A stretch of DNA of 64,000 nt, taken from Octopus bimaculoides. Lineage: Eukaryota. Where the stretch lies: positions 31,120,070 to 31,184,069 of the forward strand of contig NC_068995.1 in NCBI RefSeq assembly GCF_001194135.2, in the 5' to 3' direction. Each line of letters begins with the position of its first letter. The first letter of the stretch is position 1. Under the pieces are notes generated by a model that saw nothing but the letters and a program-made list of their open reading frames with translations, was not told where the DNA came from and searched no databases. Below are positions 50,314 to 63,129 of this stretch, piece by piece. The position numbers were made by a program, and so were the translations under genes.

Positions 50314-52259
50314 GCCATAACCAGGATATATTGCTTGACGAACACACGCACACACACAGCGTTTCACTTTATTCTGTAGAACGTTTGATTTAACAAAAAT
50401 TTCCAGACGTTTTGGCAGAATGTCTGGGTTCCTGACCAGTTTGAAGAATTAGACGAAATTTCCAAAACATCAATAAAATGTTTGAAAAAGGAATTAATTT
50501 GGAATCGAATTTCAATTTTGAACAGAGTCAATAATAGTAAAAGTTCAAGAACACAGGGAGACGACAGTGGAATTGGCAAAAACCAATAACTATGGACAGT
50601 CTAGGCTTTTCTGTCAGTGGCAAACACATGGATTATCCTCTCAGAATGTTTTTTCTCAAACCCAGAAAAATAACGAAAATATTTGCTATAAACACGAAAT
50701 AATAATATAGGGTGTTTCTTTGAGAAATCCTTTAACATTAACTATTTGTCTCATTTTTGGTCCTATGTTCGGTGAGCCACAATGTTCGTTGGCCTCATAT
50801 CTTAATTAGTAGCAAAGACACAATGTTTCTTATTGTTGTTCTGACATAGAAAAAGACAGACACACCCTTTGTTGTATTATTGTACTTGCTTACACTCTCC
50901 ACTAATTATATTATTGGATGAAAGACTTACATTTTAATAGGAGGGGATTAAACATAGTGTTGGAGTTAATCCCTGTGTAATCAGCTGTTGGAAATAAATC
51001 CTAGAGTATCAGTATAGTGTGGTTTACGAATAAATGTTCACTCCTCAGCCCAGGCTTCAAAGAGGTGCTCGTGGGACACTAAATACTTTTGGATATTAGT
51101 GCGTACAATACACTCGTAAGCCATACAGAGGCTTATGAATGAATGATATTTCTTTAGTAAATATGATTGAAATAGGCGACGAATGAGATTATAAAAAGGT
51201 TGGTACGTTGACAGTCTAGCATTAATGACTAGTAGAACTAAAATGTACCTCTCCTTAAATCTTAAATCCATTGTCATATTCAAATGTAGGACAAAATTTC
51301 CTAGAAAAAAATCTTAAGGAAAACCTCTTGAAGACGAAATCGCCCTAGGACGAAAAAAGAAAAAGACAAGCAGTTTTTAAATCATAATTTTTATTCTTAT
51401 TCCAAGAGAGTTGAAGTTCAATTTGAATTCCCAGTATCCCTCGAAATATATTTTAGCAATCTTGTAGCAGAGTGTCTTCAACAATAATTTACAATGACAC
51501 ACACATCTAGCACACCTTACGATAGGAATATACTAGCCTTTAGTGTACTCTTTACTCAGCTTCTGTAGAGAAGATCGTATTTTGCCGTAGAAGATCAAAT
51601 GCTTCAGTCTACAGAAACGATGTTTTAATTACAGATTTTGTTATTCTCTAGTCCAGTCCACCTTGATCCACCTGTGACCATCTCGTTATTTTCAGACATA
51701 GTGTATCTATGACTGCACTATCCAATGTCCATCCCTTTTAAAGATTGTAATAGTGATCTGAAGATTTAACTGTTATTTCAAGCAGGTTAAGTTACTAGTG
51801 ATAATGGAGAATGCAAAAATCTGACTTGGCTTTCTTAATTTACCGAAACGAAAAGAGAATGCTTGAGAAACAGGTATCTCAGGCACCACCCGACTCTAAC
51901 TTCCGTTTTTTTTTATTTTTTAACATTCTTTGGGTTTCCATGTTTTAAGCATTGGAGATTCCGAGTATACAGACAAAAAGAACACATATTACTTCATCCT
52001 GAGAAAATATTTCTTACATCGAATTTTTTTTTCTGCACATTCGGAATCTACGGTGAAAAAAAGAAAAAGAAAAAAGTCAAAGTCTAAGTGGGGAGGTGTC
52101 TGGTTAACTTATTGTCAATAATTAACTTTTCCGTTTCTGTAATTCAGTAAAGCCAACGCATATCTTATTCTCGCTCATTACTGCTGTTCCCGACGTACCG
52201 TTTTAAGAGTCTTTTCTGCTATTTCCGATTTCTGTTCAGTATTGAGGTTGATTTTCACA

Positions 52260-52272
52260 GACCTGAGTAAGC
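52260..52272 (+). promoter_or_regulatory. Candidate 5' splice donor of a first exon of a rightward gene
   Basis: cctga|GTAAGC at 52267, near the right edge of the CpG-rich block; ETS-like acttccg at ~51898. Confidence 0.3.
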
Positions 52273-52809
52273 TCAATCAGACCAAGTAGTAACAAAAGTA
52301 AAAATATTAGTGTCAACAAGTATAACAAAACTCATTGAATGTAGGGCGGCGCTGTTTTCATTGTTACGTGTATTTAATAAACCACTGTTAGACACGCATG
52401 CACACACACACACGCGTGGACTATTAATTTCATAATAATCCAGATAGAATTTCTGGAGGAAAAGTCCCCTCCTCAAATAGTTTTCTCTTTCATACAATGT
52501 ATTTATAATTTTTCTCTTGTTTACCAATTTAAAATGGTGTGTGTGTGTGTAACATTGCATTAATATTGTATTCTAGTTTTTAACTTTTGTATAAATGCTG
52601 TTAAGTTCCAGAATCTCTTTACTTCTGACCTTTGATAAAACACAATATATATTGAAACAGATTCTTGTGAGGTTGTACTCATATATAAGGATACTAGGTG
52701 TAGACACATGGTCTGTAAGGTTGTAAGGTAGGTATGTAAGGTATGGTTTGCAAGCAATGAACAAATATGCAGTAAGTAAAGTATGAATCAATAATGATTT
52801 CAGCTACAA

Positions 52810-53160
52810 ATTTAATGTGAATGCAAGGGTCTGTTAAGACTCAGTCCTCAGCCCTCTTCTATTCATTACAATCCTACAAGCAATCACAGAGTAGTATAAG
52901 ACCAGCTATCCATGCAAACTGCTGATTTAGTTCACATAACTGAATTCAGAGTGAAATTAAAGGGGAAATTCCAGGCATGGAAGCTAAATCTAGAACCGAG
53001 AAGCCTCAAGATAAACTTGGTAAAGATTAAGTTGTTAATAAGTAGAAAAGAAGACAAAATCTTGGTGTTGTTAGGAAAATGGCCGTGTTCAGAATGCGGA
53101 AAAGGAACAGATGTAAACTCCATATGCTATGCCCAATGTAAGCTATGGGCACACAGGAGA
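52810..53160 (+). mobile_element. RTE LINE RT fragment
   Basis: DSVLSPLLFITILQAITE and KFQAWKLNLEPRSLKINLVKIKLL..GKWPCSECGKG. Confidence 0.8.
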
Positions 53161-53399
53161 TATAGGGGAATACCTTCAAGATGTTTTTTTTTCAACATCA
53201 GATTCCTCAGTTCAATTGCACTCAAGCAGAATATGAGAACTGTTTAAGTGAATAGGTCATGGAGAGCCCTAACACGACCTAGCCTGAAAAATCTTTCATG
53301 TCTTATTTTAAAAAAAAATATATTCTCTTTTTTATTATTGTACTTTTTAAAAAATATATTTCTATATAGATATGCATCATCATCATCGTTGCTGTCATC

Positions 53400-53780
53400 G
53401 TCATCATCACTGTCATTTAACATCCATGTTCCATGTTGGCGTGGATTGGACATTTTGACATGATTTGATGAGCCAAAGGGCTAAATTGGGCTCCAAGTAT
53501 CTGCTTTGGTAAATTTTCTATGGATGGATGATCTTTCTAATAGCAACCACTTTACAGAGTGTACTAGGTACTTTTTTCATGGCACCAACACTAGTGAGGT
53601 CCACAAGTAACTTGCAAGACTAGACCCCTTCACAGAGTGGAGTGCTGTATTGAAGGAGGTGACTTTGCACCAGATGTTGAGAGGATGAAGTATGATAGGG
53701 TGACAGGAACAGGTGTCTTGCTGTAGAGGAGATATATGACTACTGTAGCAGAAAAGGGATAAAAAATGGGGAAGAGATGT
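53400..53780 (-). mobile_element. Family C / RTE-tail element
   Basis: catttaacatccatgttccatg...; homologous to 26010-26330. Confidence 0.65.
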
Positions 53781-54384
53781 ATCAGGGTATCTCTTCAACA
53801 TTCAAGAAGGTGGATAATGAGAGAATAGGGACTGAGAATCGAAGATGACTGGGTGGATAGGTTCACAAGTGAAAGGGTGATAGATAACAGAGACGAGGTA
53901 GAAGTGAAAGTAGTAAGTGGTGAACATGGATGGAAGTATGAGCAATGATGAATCTCAGTTTGGAGAAATGTAAGAAAATTTAGGAGTAGAGGTTATGGAG
54001 GAGGAGGAGGAGGCCATACGGGATAATACATATGTGAAGAAAAAGGGGTAGAGAGCAATAGTACAATAGAATCAGAGACAGATGAAAAAAAAAGAGATGA
54101 GGCAAAATGTGAGGTAAGAGAAGATGCTCAGTGACAGAGATACATAGGGGTGAATACATGGAGTTAGAAAAAGGGTACTGATGGCTGTTAAAAGAGGGTG
54201 TTCAAGGGAAAGGGGCATTCAGTGGAAAATAAAGTGGGAAGAAATGATGTTGAGAATGAAGGATGGGTGGCATGGAAAATGGTTCCTGGGAGAGTGATAA
54301 CTGAAAGCACACAAAGGGGATGGAAAATGTGCAGTCTTGGCTCTCATATAATTACAGCAGCTGAAGAAATAGTGCCATAGTTAG

Positions 54385-54935
54385 AGGAGTGAAGTAGTGG
54401 AGGTGGATGCTCCAAGAGCATAACTGTGAGAATAAGATTAGGATGGACAAAATTCAGAGAGCTTCTACCCCTGCTGGCAACAAAGGGCCTCTCTCTCAGA
54501 GTCAAGGGCAGATTGTTTGATGCCTGTGTATGAACAGCTATGCTGCATGGCAGTGAAACATGGGCTGTGACAGCTGAGGACATGTGTAGGCTCAAAAGAA
54601 ATGAAACCAGTATGCTTTGCTGGATGTGTAATGTCGGTGTGCATGTTCGACAGAGTGTAAGCATCTTGAGAAAAAGGTTAGGCATAAGAGGCATCAGATG
54701 TGGTATGCAAGAGAGACGACTATGCTGGTATGGTCATGTGATGCACATGGATGAGGACAGCTGTGTAAAGAAGTGCTGATCTCTAACTGTGGAGGGAACC
54801 TGTGGTACAGGTAGACCCAGGAAGACATGGGACGAAATGGTGAAGCATGACCTTTCAACCTTACAGAGGCAATGACTAGTGACCAAGAGCTTGGGCAATG
54901 TGCTGTGCTTGAGAGGACCTGTCAAGCCAAGTGCA
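54385..54935 (+). mobile_element. RTE LINE 3' fragment
   Basis: GWTKFRELLPLL and MLHGSETWAVTAEDMCRLKRNETSMLCWMC..RLCWYGHVMHMDEDSCVKKC. Confidence 0.9.
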
Positions 54936-55079
54936 CATCATGCTGATGGCATGTAAAGAACACATCTCAAGCGTTGGACTTAATGGAGGCAAAGTCGCTG
55001 AGTTCCTTTCAAGTGTAGGGCCTCACAGAGGCAACGACCGAGACCTTTAGCATTATGTCGTGCTTGAGAAGAAGACCCT

Positions 55080-55382
55080 GCCTAATTGCAGTCATAGCAG
55101 ATACTGGTGTCATGGAAATTGGCACCCATGCCGGTTGTGCGTAAAAACACCCTGGTGTCACACAAATTGGTACTTGTGCCGGTGGCATATAAAAGCATCC
55201 CGGTGTCAGGCAAATGGCATATAAAAGCACCCTTGGAGTGTTTGGCGGTAGGAAAGGCATCCAGCTGTAGAAAACCATGCCAAATCAGACTGGGGTCTGG
55301 TGCAGCTCTCCAGTGTGCCAGCCCAGTCAAACTGTCCAATCCATGCCAACATGGACAACGGACGTTAAATGATGATGATGAT
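55080..55382 (+). mobile_element. Family C copy
   Basis: Tandem units plus ggaaaggcatccagctgtagaaacc..gacgttaaatgatgatgat. Confidence 0.75.
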
Positions 55383-56246
55383 GAGGTGGTACGCAAAAGT
55401 AACTGGAAACCTTCTCTGTGGGACAAGCCCGTTGTAGTTCAGGCTTCTGCCACTAGAAGCCACTTGATGTGACCCTCAGGCATCAGTCTGCTGACCAGCA
55501 TTGTTGGGTGTGCCATGTGGTGCATCTTTGTTTTGCAGTGCTTCTCCCTCTGTTCATCGATTTTTGCGATGGCTGAAACAAAGGAACAGTGTGTTTCCAT
55601 GAAATTCTGTTTTCTTCTAGGAAAAATGGCAGCAAAACAGTTGTCATGCTTATGAGCAAAACACAAGCTTATGAGTGGTTTCCATGCTTTAGGAATGGTC
55701 ACTTATTGCTTGAAGACTAACCTCATTCAGGGTGACCGTCGACCTCTTGAACCAATGAAAACATCATGCATGAACTGATCTTGGAGGACTATCACCAAAA
55801 AATTGATGAACTTGTTGATATGACTGGTGTGTCTTGGAGCTCCTGTCAACAAATTTTGAGTGAGGAATTGCGAATGAAAAGAGTTTCAGCAAAATTTGTG
55901 CCTCACTTGCTCACAGAAGATCAAAAGTAGTCATGAATGAATGCATGTTGTGAACTGAATGAATTGTTGGAAGTTGATCTGGACCTTTTTTTGCAGGTCA
56001 TCACTGGTTACAAAAGCTGGAGATACGGAATTTGCAGCTGTGGAAGAGGTGAAGAAAAAAATGACGGAGGCGTTAAAAGGCATCACTTTGCAAGAGTTCC
56101 AGCATTGCTTCAAATTGTGGAAAACGCATCTGGACAGATGCATGGCTTCAAATGGAGAATATTTTGAAGGCAATAAAAGTATAAACATGTAAAACTAAGT
56201 GAATAAAATAATATTGCAAAATTCCGGTTTCTTTTGGGTACTCCCT

Positions 56247-56248
<2 letters not shown>
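55383..56248 (+). mobile_element. Internally deleted mariner with both TIRs
   Basis: TIRs gaggtggtacgcaaaagtaactgg / ccggtttcttttgggtactcccttg|ta; ILSEELRMKRVSAKFVPHLLTEDQK joined to FQHCFKLWKTHLDRCMASNGEYFEG; catalytic core missing. Confidence 0.88.
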
Positions 56249-56314
<66 letters not shown>

Positions 56315-56324
56315 CATATATATC

Positions 56325-56654
56325 ATCATCATCATCATTTAACATCCGCTTCCATGCTAGCATGGGTTGGACGATTTAACTGAGGACTGGTGTACCAGAT
56401 GGCTAAACCAGGCTCCAATCTGATTTGGCAGAATTTCTACAGCTGGATGCCCTTCCTAACGCCAACCACTCCGAGAGTGTAGTGGTTGCTTTTACGTGCC
56501 ACCGGCACGAAGGCCAGTCATGTGGTACTGGCAACGGCCACGCTCAAAATGGTGTTTTTTACGTGACACCTGCACAGGAGCCAGTCCAGCGGAACTGGCA
56601 ACAACCTTGCTCGAATGATTTTCTAACGTGCCACCAGCACAGGTGCCAGTAAGG

Positions 56655-56655
<1 letters not shown>
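56325..56655 (-). mobile_element. Family C, young copy
   Basis: Reverse complement of 35890-36212 with an extra upstream unit. Confidence 0.85.
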
Positions 56656-56698
<43 letters not shown>

Positions 56699-56719
56699 AC
56701 ACACACACATACACACACA

Positions 56720-56890
56720 CACATATATGACAGGCTCCTTTCAGTTTCTGTCTACCAAATCTACTCACAAGGCTTTGGTTGGCCCAAGGCTACAGTAGAA
56801 GACATTTGCCCAAAGGTGCCACACAGTGGAGGCTGAACCTAGAACTATGCATTTGGGAAGCAACCTTCTTGCCAAACAGTCATATCTGCC
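56720..56890 (-). mobile_element. SINE family A, 5' half
   Basis: Reverse-complement homology. Confidence 0.75.
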
Positions 56891-57138
56891 CCCATATACC
56901 TAGATTCTGTTCTATATAAATAACCAGATTTTATGTCTGCCTTAGTATTGTTCCCCACCTCATCCTTTACCCTGGTAGCAAATAAAGGAAATCATCATCA
57001 TCATTATTATTACTTTTTTCTTTCAGTCCAGTTTGGCATGTATGGAAGTTCTCAGTTCTTTTGGTGTTTCTTGTTTTGAAACCTGAATTTTTTTTATAAT
57101 TGTAATATGTTGCTTTACAAAAATCCAGATAAGAAAAG

Positions 57139-57142
<4 letters not shown>

Positions 57143-57220
<78 letters not shown>

Positions 57221-57261
57221 CACACAAACACACACTCTCTCTCTCACACACACACACACAC

Positions 57262-57292
<31 letters not shown>

Positions 57293-57990
57293 AACATACA
57301 TCAACAACAATGTTGCACTGTATAAGAAAGAATAATATTTCTCTTCAACATGTCAGACTAACAAAGCCCAGCTGTTCTACAATGGTGATGGTGGAGGTCA
57401 CGGTGGGGGTGGTGGCAAAGGGGGTGGCGAGGGTAGTGGTGTATTGGAGGACAGGTGATGGTGGTGGTGTTGGTGGTAGGGAGAGGAGGAGAAGGAGAAG
57501 CCAGAGATAAACTTTATATTTCAAGATATTGTCTCCATGACAATTGTTGGAGGTCAAGTAATTTATCAATCTCTTCATTGGGCTTCTTGACACTGCAGTG
57601 TATGTATGTGTGTGTGACATGTGTATGTGTGTGTGTGTGTGTGTATGTGTGTGTGCACATCTGTATCTATGAGATGTGAATATGTGTGTATGAGTGTGTG
57701 TGTATCCCTTCAACATTCCACAAACTTCTGGCTTGGAGGAAGAAAGTGTAAACATAATAAACGATGATGATGATGATGATGATGATGACAACCACAAGGA
57801 CTACGATAACAATAACAAGACAACGATGATAACTAAGGAGGAGGACCACCACAACAACAACAACAACACCTGCAGAGTGGTGGGTATCTCCAACTACAAT
57901 CACCACCACTGCCAACATCCCCACCACCACCACCACCACCACCAGGACTTCTTTATTTGTCTCAGGGACAAAGCAAATATAAAACTTTAA
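57143..57990. repeat. Cluster of microsatellites: (CT)n, (CA)n, (GGT)n, (GAT)n, (CAA)n, (CAC)n
   Basis: Directly visible. Confidence 0.9.
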
Positions 57991-58271
57991 NNNNNNNNNN
58001 NNNNNNNNNNNNNNNNNNNNNNNNNNNNNNNNNNNNNNNNNNNNNNNNNNNNNNNNNNNNNNNNNNNNNNNNNNNNNGGGGAGACAGAGGGAGTAATGGA
58101 ATTGAGAAGGAATATAATCCCTGTTCCCATCAACCATAGGAAAGGTGGCCATGGAAATTGTTTTCTCCATCATTACGTATTCTCTTTCTGAAGTTGCTCT
58201 TGTCCAAGTCTCACATCAACCTTAATAGTGCAAATCCTATTCCATCCATGACCAACACATTTAATTCTTAG

Positions 58272-58345
<74 letters not shown>

Positions 58346-61129
58346 AGTATGTACACACACACTCACACACACATATGTACCTTCTATTTTTTAATTGTAT
58401 GTAAGTATGTATATTCATAAATATCACCAGCTACATGCGATATAAAACCATAAAAGAAGAATTTAAGCATCACTAATTGTGAATGGGGGTGCTGAATAGC
58501 ACCTATATTGCTAGAAATAAGAGTTAAACTCCTTAATGCTGCAGAAGTGCACATATATAGAATAATATATAGAATAATATTTCTCTTCAACACACACACA
58601 CACACACACGTATATATACATATATATATATACATTTCAACCCATCCAGCATTGATCCCTTGTGAGTGGGATACTGCACAACTGGTTTAGGTGTATCTGT
58701 CGGTCCAGATGTGTCTCCTCTTGTGATTTCAAGAGGTATTTTGTTAAAATAAAATCTGTTTTGCACACCTTATTACTGCATGTTTTCTTCTTGGTCTTTA
58801 TAGATAGAAATGGCAAATTAAGGGATTCTGCTTCATTCTTGTAGGAGATCAATAACAAAGATCAGATACAAAAAGAAACAAATACACAATTCTGTGAAAA
58901 AAATTATTACATAAAACGGTTTGTAGATATGAATCTACAAACACCCACACATATGTGGTCTGGCACATGTACATATGCTCGTACATGTTCACATGCACAT
59001 ACAAACATACATGTGTGGCCTGGCACACATACACATGCTCACACACAGAATTAAGTAGATATTAATTAAGTTGGTGCCGATTAATGGCCAGTGGCATGAT
59101 ACTGCTTGGTGAGGAATCACATTCTGTGCTGTGCTCCACTGGATCTGGATCGTATATCTTTATGGCACTTGTACACTCATAAATATTGACATACACTCAT
59201 ACATACTCATATGGAAACATTCAGACAGTTTATTGCCATACGTATATGTATGTACACACATATCCACACAGTCCTGTATATATATATATCTATATGTATA
59301 CATAATTATGCTAACATGCATCTATAGGTGCACCTTCGTGAGTTAATATACTCACACATACACTTAAACACATTTCTGTACATAGATATTTCCACTTCTA
59401 AATAAGTGTATATGAATAGGTACATAGATGTATACAATTGTGCATGGATATGCAGCCATGTAGGTACACATAAATAAATCAGACACACAGACACAAGAAT
59501 GTTATATATCTGAAGATCTGGCAAAATGACAATAAGCCCACTTCACAGCAGAACATAGTGTAGTCTCTGATTATATAGACCTTGGTTGTATCTAGAGTTC
59601 ATAATTGCATGTATATGCAGTCCATAATGGTGTGTAGAGTAGATGGGCTTTTTTTTTTTAACATACGGCTAATCAAACAACCAGTATCCTGTAGAAAGCA
59701 TCAATACCTGTTTGTTGCGTTTTTATCTCACAGATAGTGATATGTATTGCCAAGCACAATTTGGTATTTACATCTCCTTATGCAGTATACAAGGGCCAAG
59801 GAGCCAAGGCATCTTGAGCAAAAATTTGACACCAATATTATTGGCTGATAGCACTTATTGGCTGCCAGGCCAGAACAAATTCATTACAAGATGTGCAAAG
59901 CAGTGACTGAGAGTCAACAAAGTTATCACCTGTTTAAATATGGTTGAGAGATAGTTGAAGCTAATGATATTGACTGATTTCTTATAAAGGAACCTTTGTT
60001 TCCTAGTCAGAGTTGCCTCTCTTTGGTATCTGATGCTAAAGAGTTTGAAATGCATTCATCAGTTCAAAAGAATGCATCCTAAGCTGACTATGATGTTTTG
60101 ATCCTATTTTGTCTTAAGCAAAATTTTTTCTCCATGACAAACTGCAGTGAAAAACCAAATCACAGAGACATTTTTCATTGTTGTACATGTCATACGCTAT
60201 CCACTTTACATCTCAATTTGTTCAATCTCTCTCTCCCTCTCCCTCTCCCCACCTCTCTCTCTCCCTCTCCCCACCTCTCTCTCTCCCTCTCCCCACCTCT
60301 CTCTCTCNNNNNNNNNNNNNNNNNNNNNNNNNNNNNNNNNNNNNNNNNNNNNNNNNNNNNNNNNNNNNNNNNNNNNNNNNNNNNNNNNNNNNNNNNNNNN
60401 NNNNNNNNNNNNNNNNNNNNNNNNNNNNNNNNNNNNNNNNNNNNNNNNNNNNNNNNNNNNNNNNNNNNNNNNNNNNNNNNNNNNNNNNNNNNNNNNNNNN
60501 NNNNNNNNNNNNNNNNNNNNNNNNNNNNNNNNNNNNNNNNNNNNNNNNGTTTTGTTTCAAGTGACAACAGCAATGATGAAAATAAGGTCTGCAATAGACT
60601 GGTATGCCCGACAATATTGTTGTGTAATACATCTCCCTCTTGATCAAATCATACCCACCCCCCAGCAAAAACAACAAAACAACAACAAATTTCATAGTAA
60701 AAAGAAAGGCCAATACAAGGAAAATTACAAGGATGTGTAGGATAAGTGGTAAAATTTATGACAAATAAAGCATCTCCGTCACTCCTTTTTTCTTAGCTAT
60801 TCTTCCTACTGAAAGGCTGCTAGCTGAATACCCCCTCCCCGCCACTATACGGCTACTACTACTACTGCTACTACACTAAATTCTATTGGATATTATTGTG
60901 GTATCTACTAAGATGCTGAGCAGACATTGGTCATTGATGGATAGAGTGTTTAAGAATCATCTTGACATGGCATACAAAGCAGAGCTGTTAAACAAGGATA
61001 CTGATTGCCAATCCTTAGCAGAGTCGTACACTTCATAGATTTCTGATTCAATTTACCGTATATGTGTGTGTGTGTGTGTGTGTATATCACCACCACGCAC
61101 ACACTAGCACTGACCACTTCCCAGCCCCC

Positions 61130-61465
61130 ACACTATCACACACACACCTACACATGCACACACGCACACGTCAAGGTCAGCAGTCCTCTTCCACATGCAC
61201 ATACATGCTCTCTTATACACACGCATGTGCACCTTCGTTTTGGGATCACCACTACTTTATGATCTCCCCTTCTTCCTGGCTTTCCTGTGTGACCCCTCTG
61301 TCTGGTATTCGCCATGATAGATCGCTAGACACCACACATTGTTTATTTTCTCTCCCTGTTTCTTTCTGTGGAAGAGCACAGGCTCGAAACGTTAAAGACT
61401 TTTTCACTTCCCAGGCATTAAAGTAATACATCTGTTTGTTGTCAACAACACCTGTCTTCATCTTT
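61130..61465 (+). mobile_element. Penelope-like element terminal repeat fragment
   Basis: Contains a minimal hammerhead-type motif followed by actttttcacttcc..aatacatctgtttgttg; CpG retained. Confidence 0.5.
61361..61398 (+). ncRNA. Minimal type-I hammerhead ribozyme-like motif with a variant core
   Basis: Stem I tcttt/aaaga; core CTGtGGA (expected CUGANGA); stem II gagc-acag-gctc; GAAA; palindromic ACGT; then U. Confidence 0.55.
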
Positions 61466-61673
61466 TTTTTTTTTTTGTGAATTCTCCCCTTATATATATA
61501 TATATGTAGATATATNNNNNNNNNNNNNNNNNNNNNNNNNNNNNNNNNNNNNNNNNNNNNNNNNNNNNNNNNNNNNNNNNNNNNNNNNNNNNNNNNNNNN
61601 NNNNNNNNNNNNNNNNNNNNNNNNNNNNNNNNNNNNNNNNNNNNNNNNNNNNNNNNNNNNNNNNNNNNNNNNN

Positions 61674-61711
<38 letters not shown>

Positions 61712-61839
61712 TTTAAATTTTTTTTTTATATATATATATACACTAGCTTAAAAGCTGCCTGATAGGGCAGCTTTTAAACTAGCTCCTGTCTATCTATCTA
61801 TCTATATATCTATCTATCTATCTATCTATCTAGAGGAGA

Positions 61840-62589
61840 CTGAGAGGTTCAAACGGTTTATCATCAACCTGCCTAAATGGCATCAGCACCCTCTGAGCCG
61901 CATCGGCAACGCAAACCAGACTCCTCTCACGTTTGATCTTCCGATGGTGAGAACTGTTGCTGAGGAGGGGGAGTAGACAGTGAAAATCGTCACGCCGTGT
62001 CACGAGAAGGATTGTTTTACGGTGATGCTGGCTTGCACGTCTGATGGAGGAAAGCTTCCACCATACGTCGTCTTCAAGAGGAAGACATTACACAAAGACG
62101 CCAAGTTTCCAGAAGGGGACATTCTTCGAGCCCAAGCGAAAGGTTGGATGGACCAGGCACTCATCAAGGACCGGCTTAGGATAGTGTGGGGGTGGTGCAT
62201 CAGTGGACTGCATCGGAGAAAGAGTCTCCTGGTTTTTGTCACAAGTCAGAAGAAACCAAGGCAAAGATATGTCGTCTGAACATCGACGTAGCAATGATCC
62301 CCAGGGGAATGACATCTCTTCTTCAACCCTTTGATGTTGCAATCAACAGACTGTTTAAGGGCCGTCTCAAGCACCGGTGGGAGGATTGGATGGTCAATGC
62401 ACTGAAGGAGCCGACAAAGACCGGGTGCACAAAGAAAGTCGACTTGGGGACGATCTGCGAGTGGATCCCGAAGGTCTAGGATAAGATTCAAGAACACATC
62501 ATCAAGCGGACTTACCTGAAGTGCTGCATATCCAATGCGCTCGGGGTACGGTTTATACATGGGTGTGACTTATACACCGGCGAATACTG
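61840..62589 (+). mobile_element. pogo-superfamily (DDE_1, POGK-like) transposon, 3' part with TIR
   Basis: IGNANQTPLTFDLP, FTVMLACTSDGGKLPPYVVFKRKT, KGWMD and MTSLLQPFDVAINRLFK; right TIR gtgacttatacaccggcgaatactg|ta. Confidence 0.92.
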
Positions 62590-62663
62590 TATACACACAC
62601 ACACACAATTACGTATTTCATGTTTTATTTGCACTGTTGGTGACATCCTGTACCCATATATGC

Positions 62664-62708
<45 letters not shown>

Positions 62709-63129
62709 NNNNNNNNNNNNNNNNNNNNNNNNNNNNNNNNNNNNNNNNNNNNNNNNNNNNNNNNNNNNNNNNNNNNNNNNNNNNNNNNNNNNNNNNNNNN
62801 NNNNNNNNNNNNNNNNNNNNNNNNNNNNNNNNNNNNNNNNNNNNNNNNNNNNNNNNNNNNNNNNNNNNNNNNNNNNNNNNNNNNNNNNNNNNNNNNNNNN
62901 NNNNNNNNNNNNNNNNNNNNNNNNNNNNNNNNNNNNNNNNNNNNNNNNNNNNNNNNNNNNNNNNNNNNNNNNNNNNNNNNNNNNNNNNNNNNNNNNNNNN
63001 NNNNNNNNNNNNNNNNNNNNNNNNNNNNNNNNNNNNNNNNNNNNNNNNNNNNNNNNNNNNNNNNNNNNATATATATATATATGTATGTATGTATATGTGT
63101 GTGTGTGTGTGTATATATATATGTATATA

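Noticed and set aside
57345-58173. Poly-D/N/H/V ORFs
   Set aside because: Trinucleotide microsatellites read in several frames; no splice or codon support.
58630-59950. Several short exon-like segments in the right-hand domain (e.g. 58690-58734, 59754 onward)
   Set aside because: Open frames exist on both strands with mediocre splice sites and no recognisable peptide; they cannot be told from chance.
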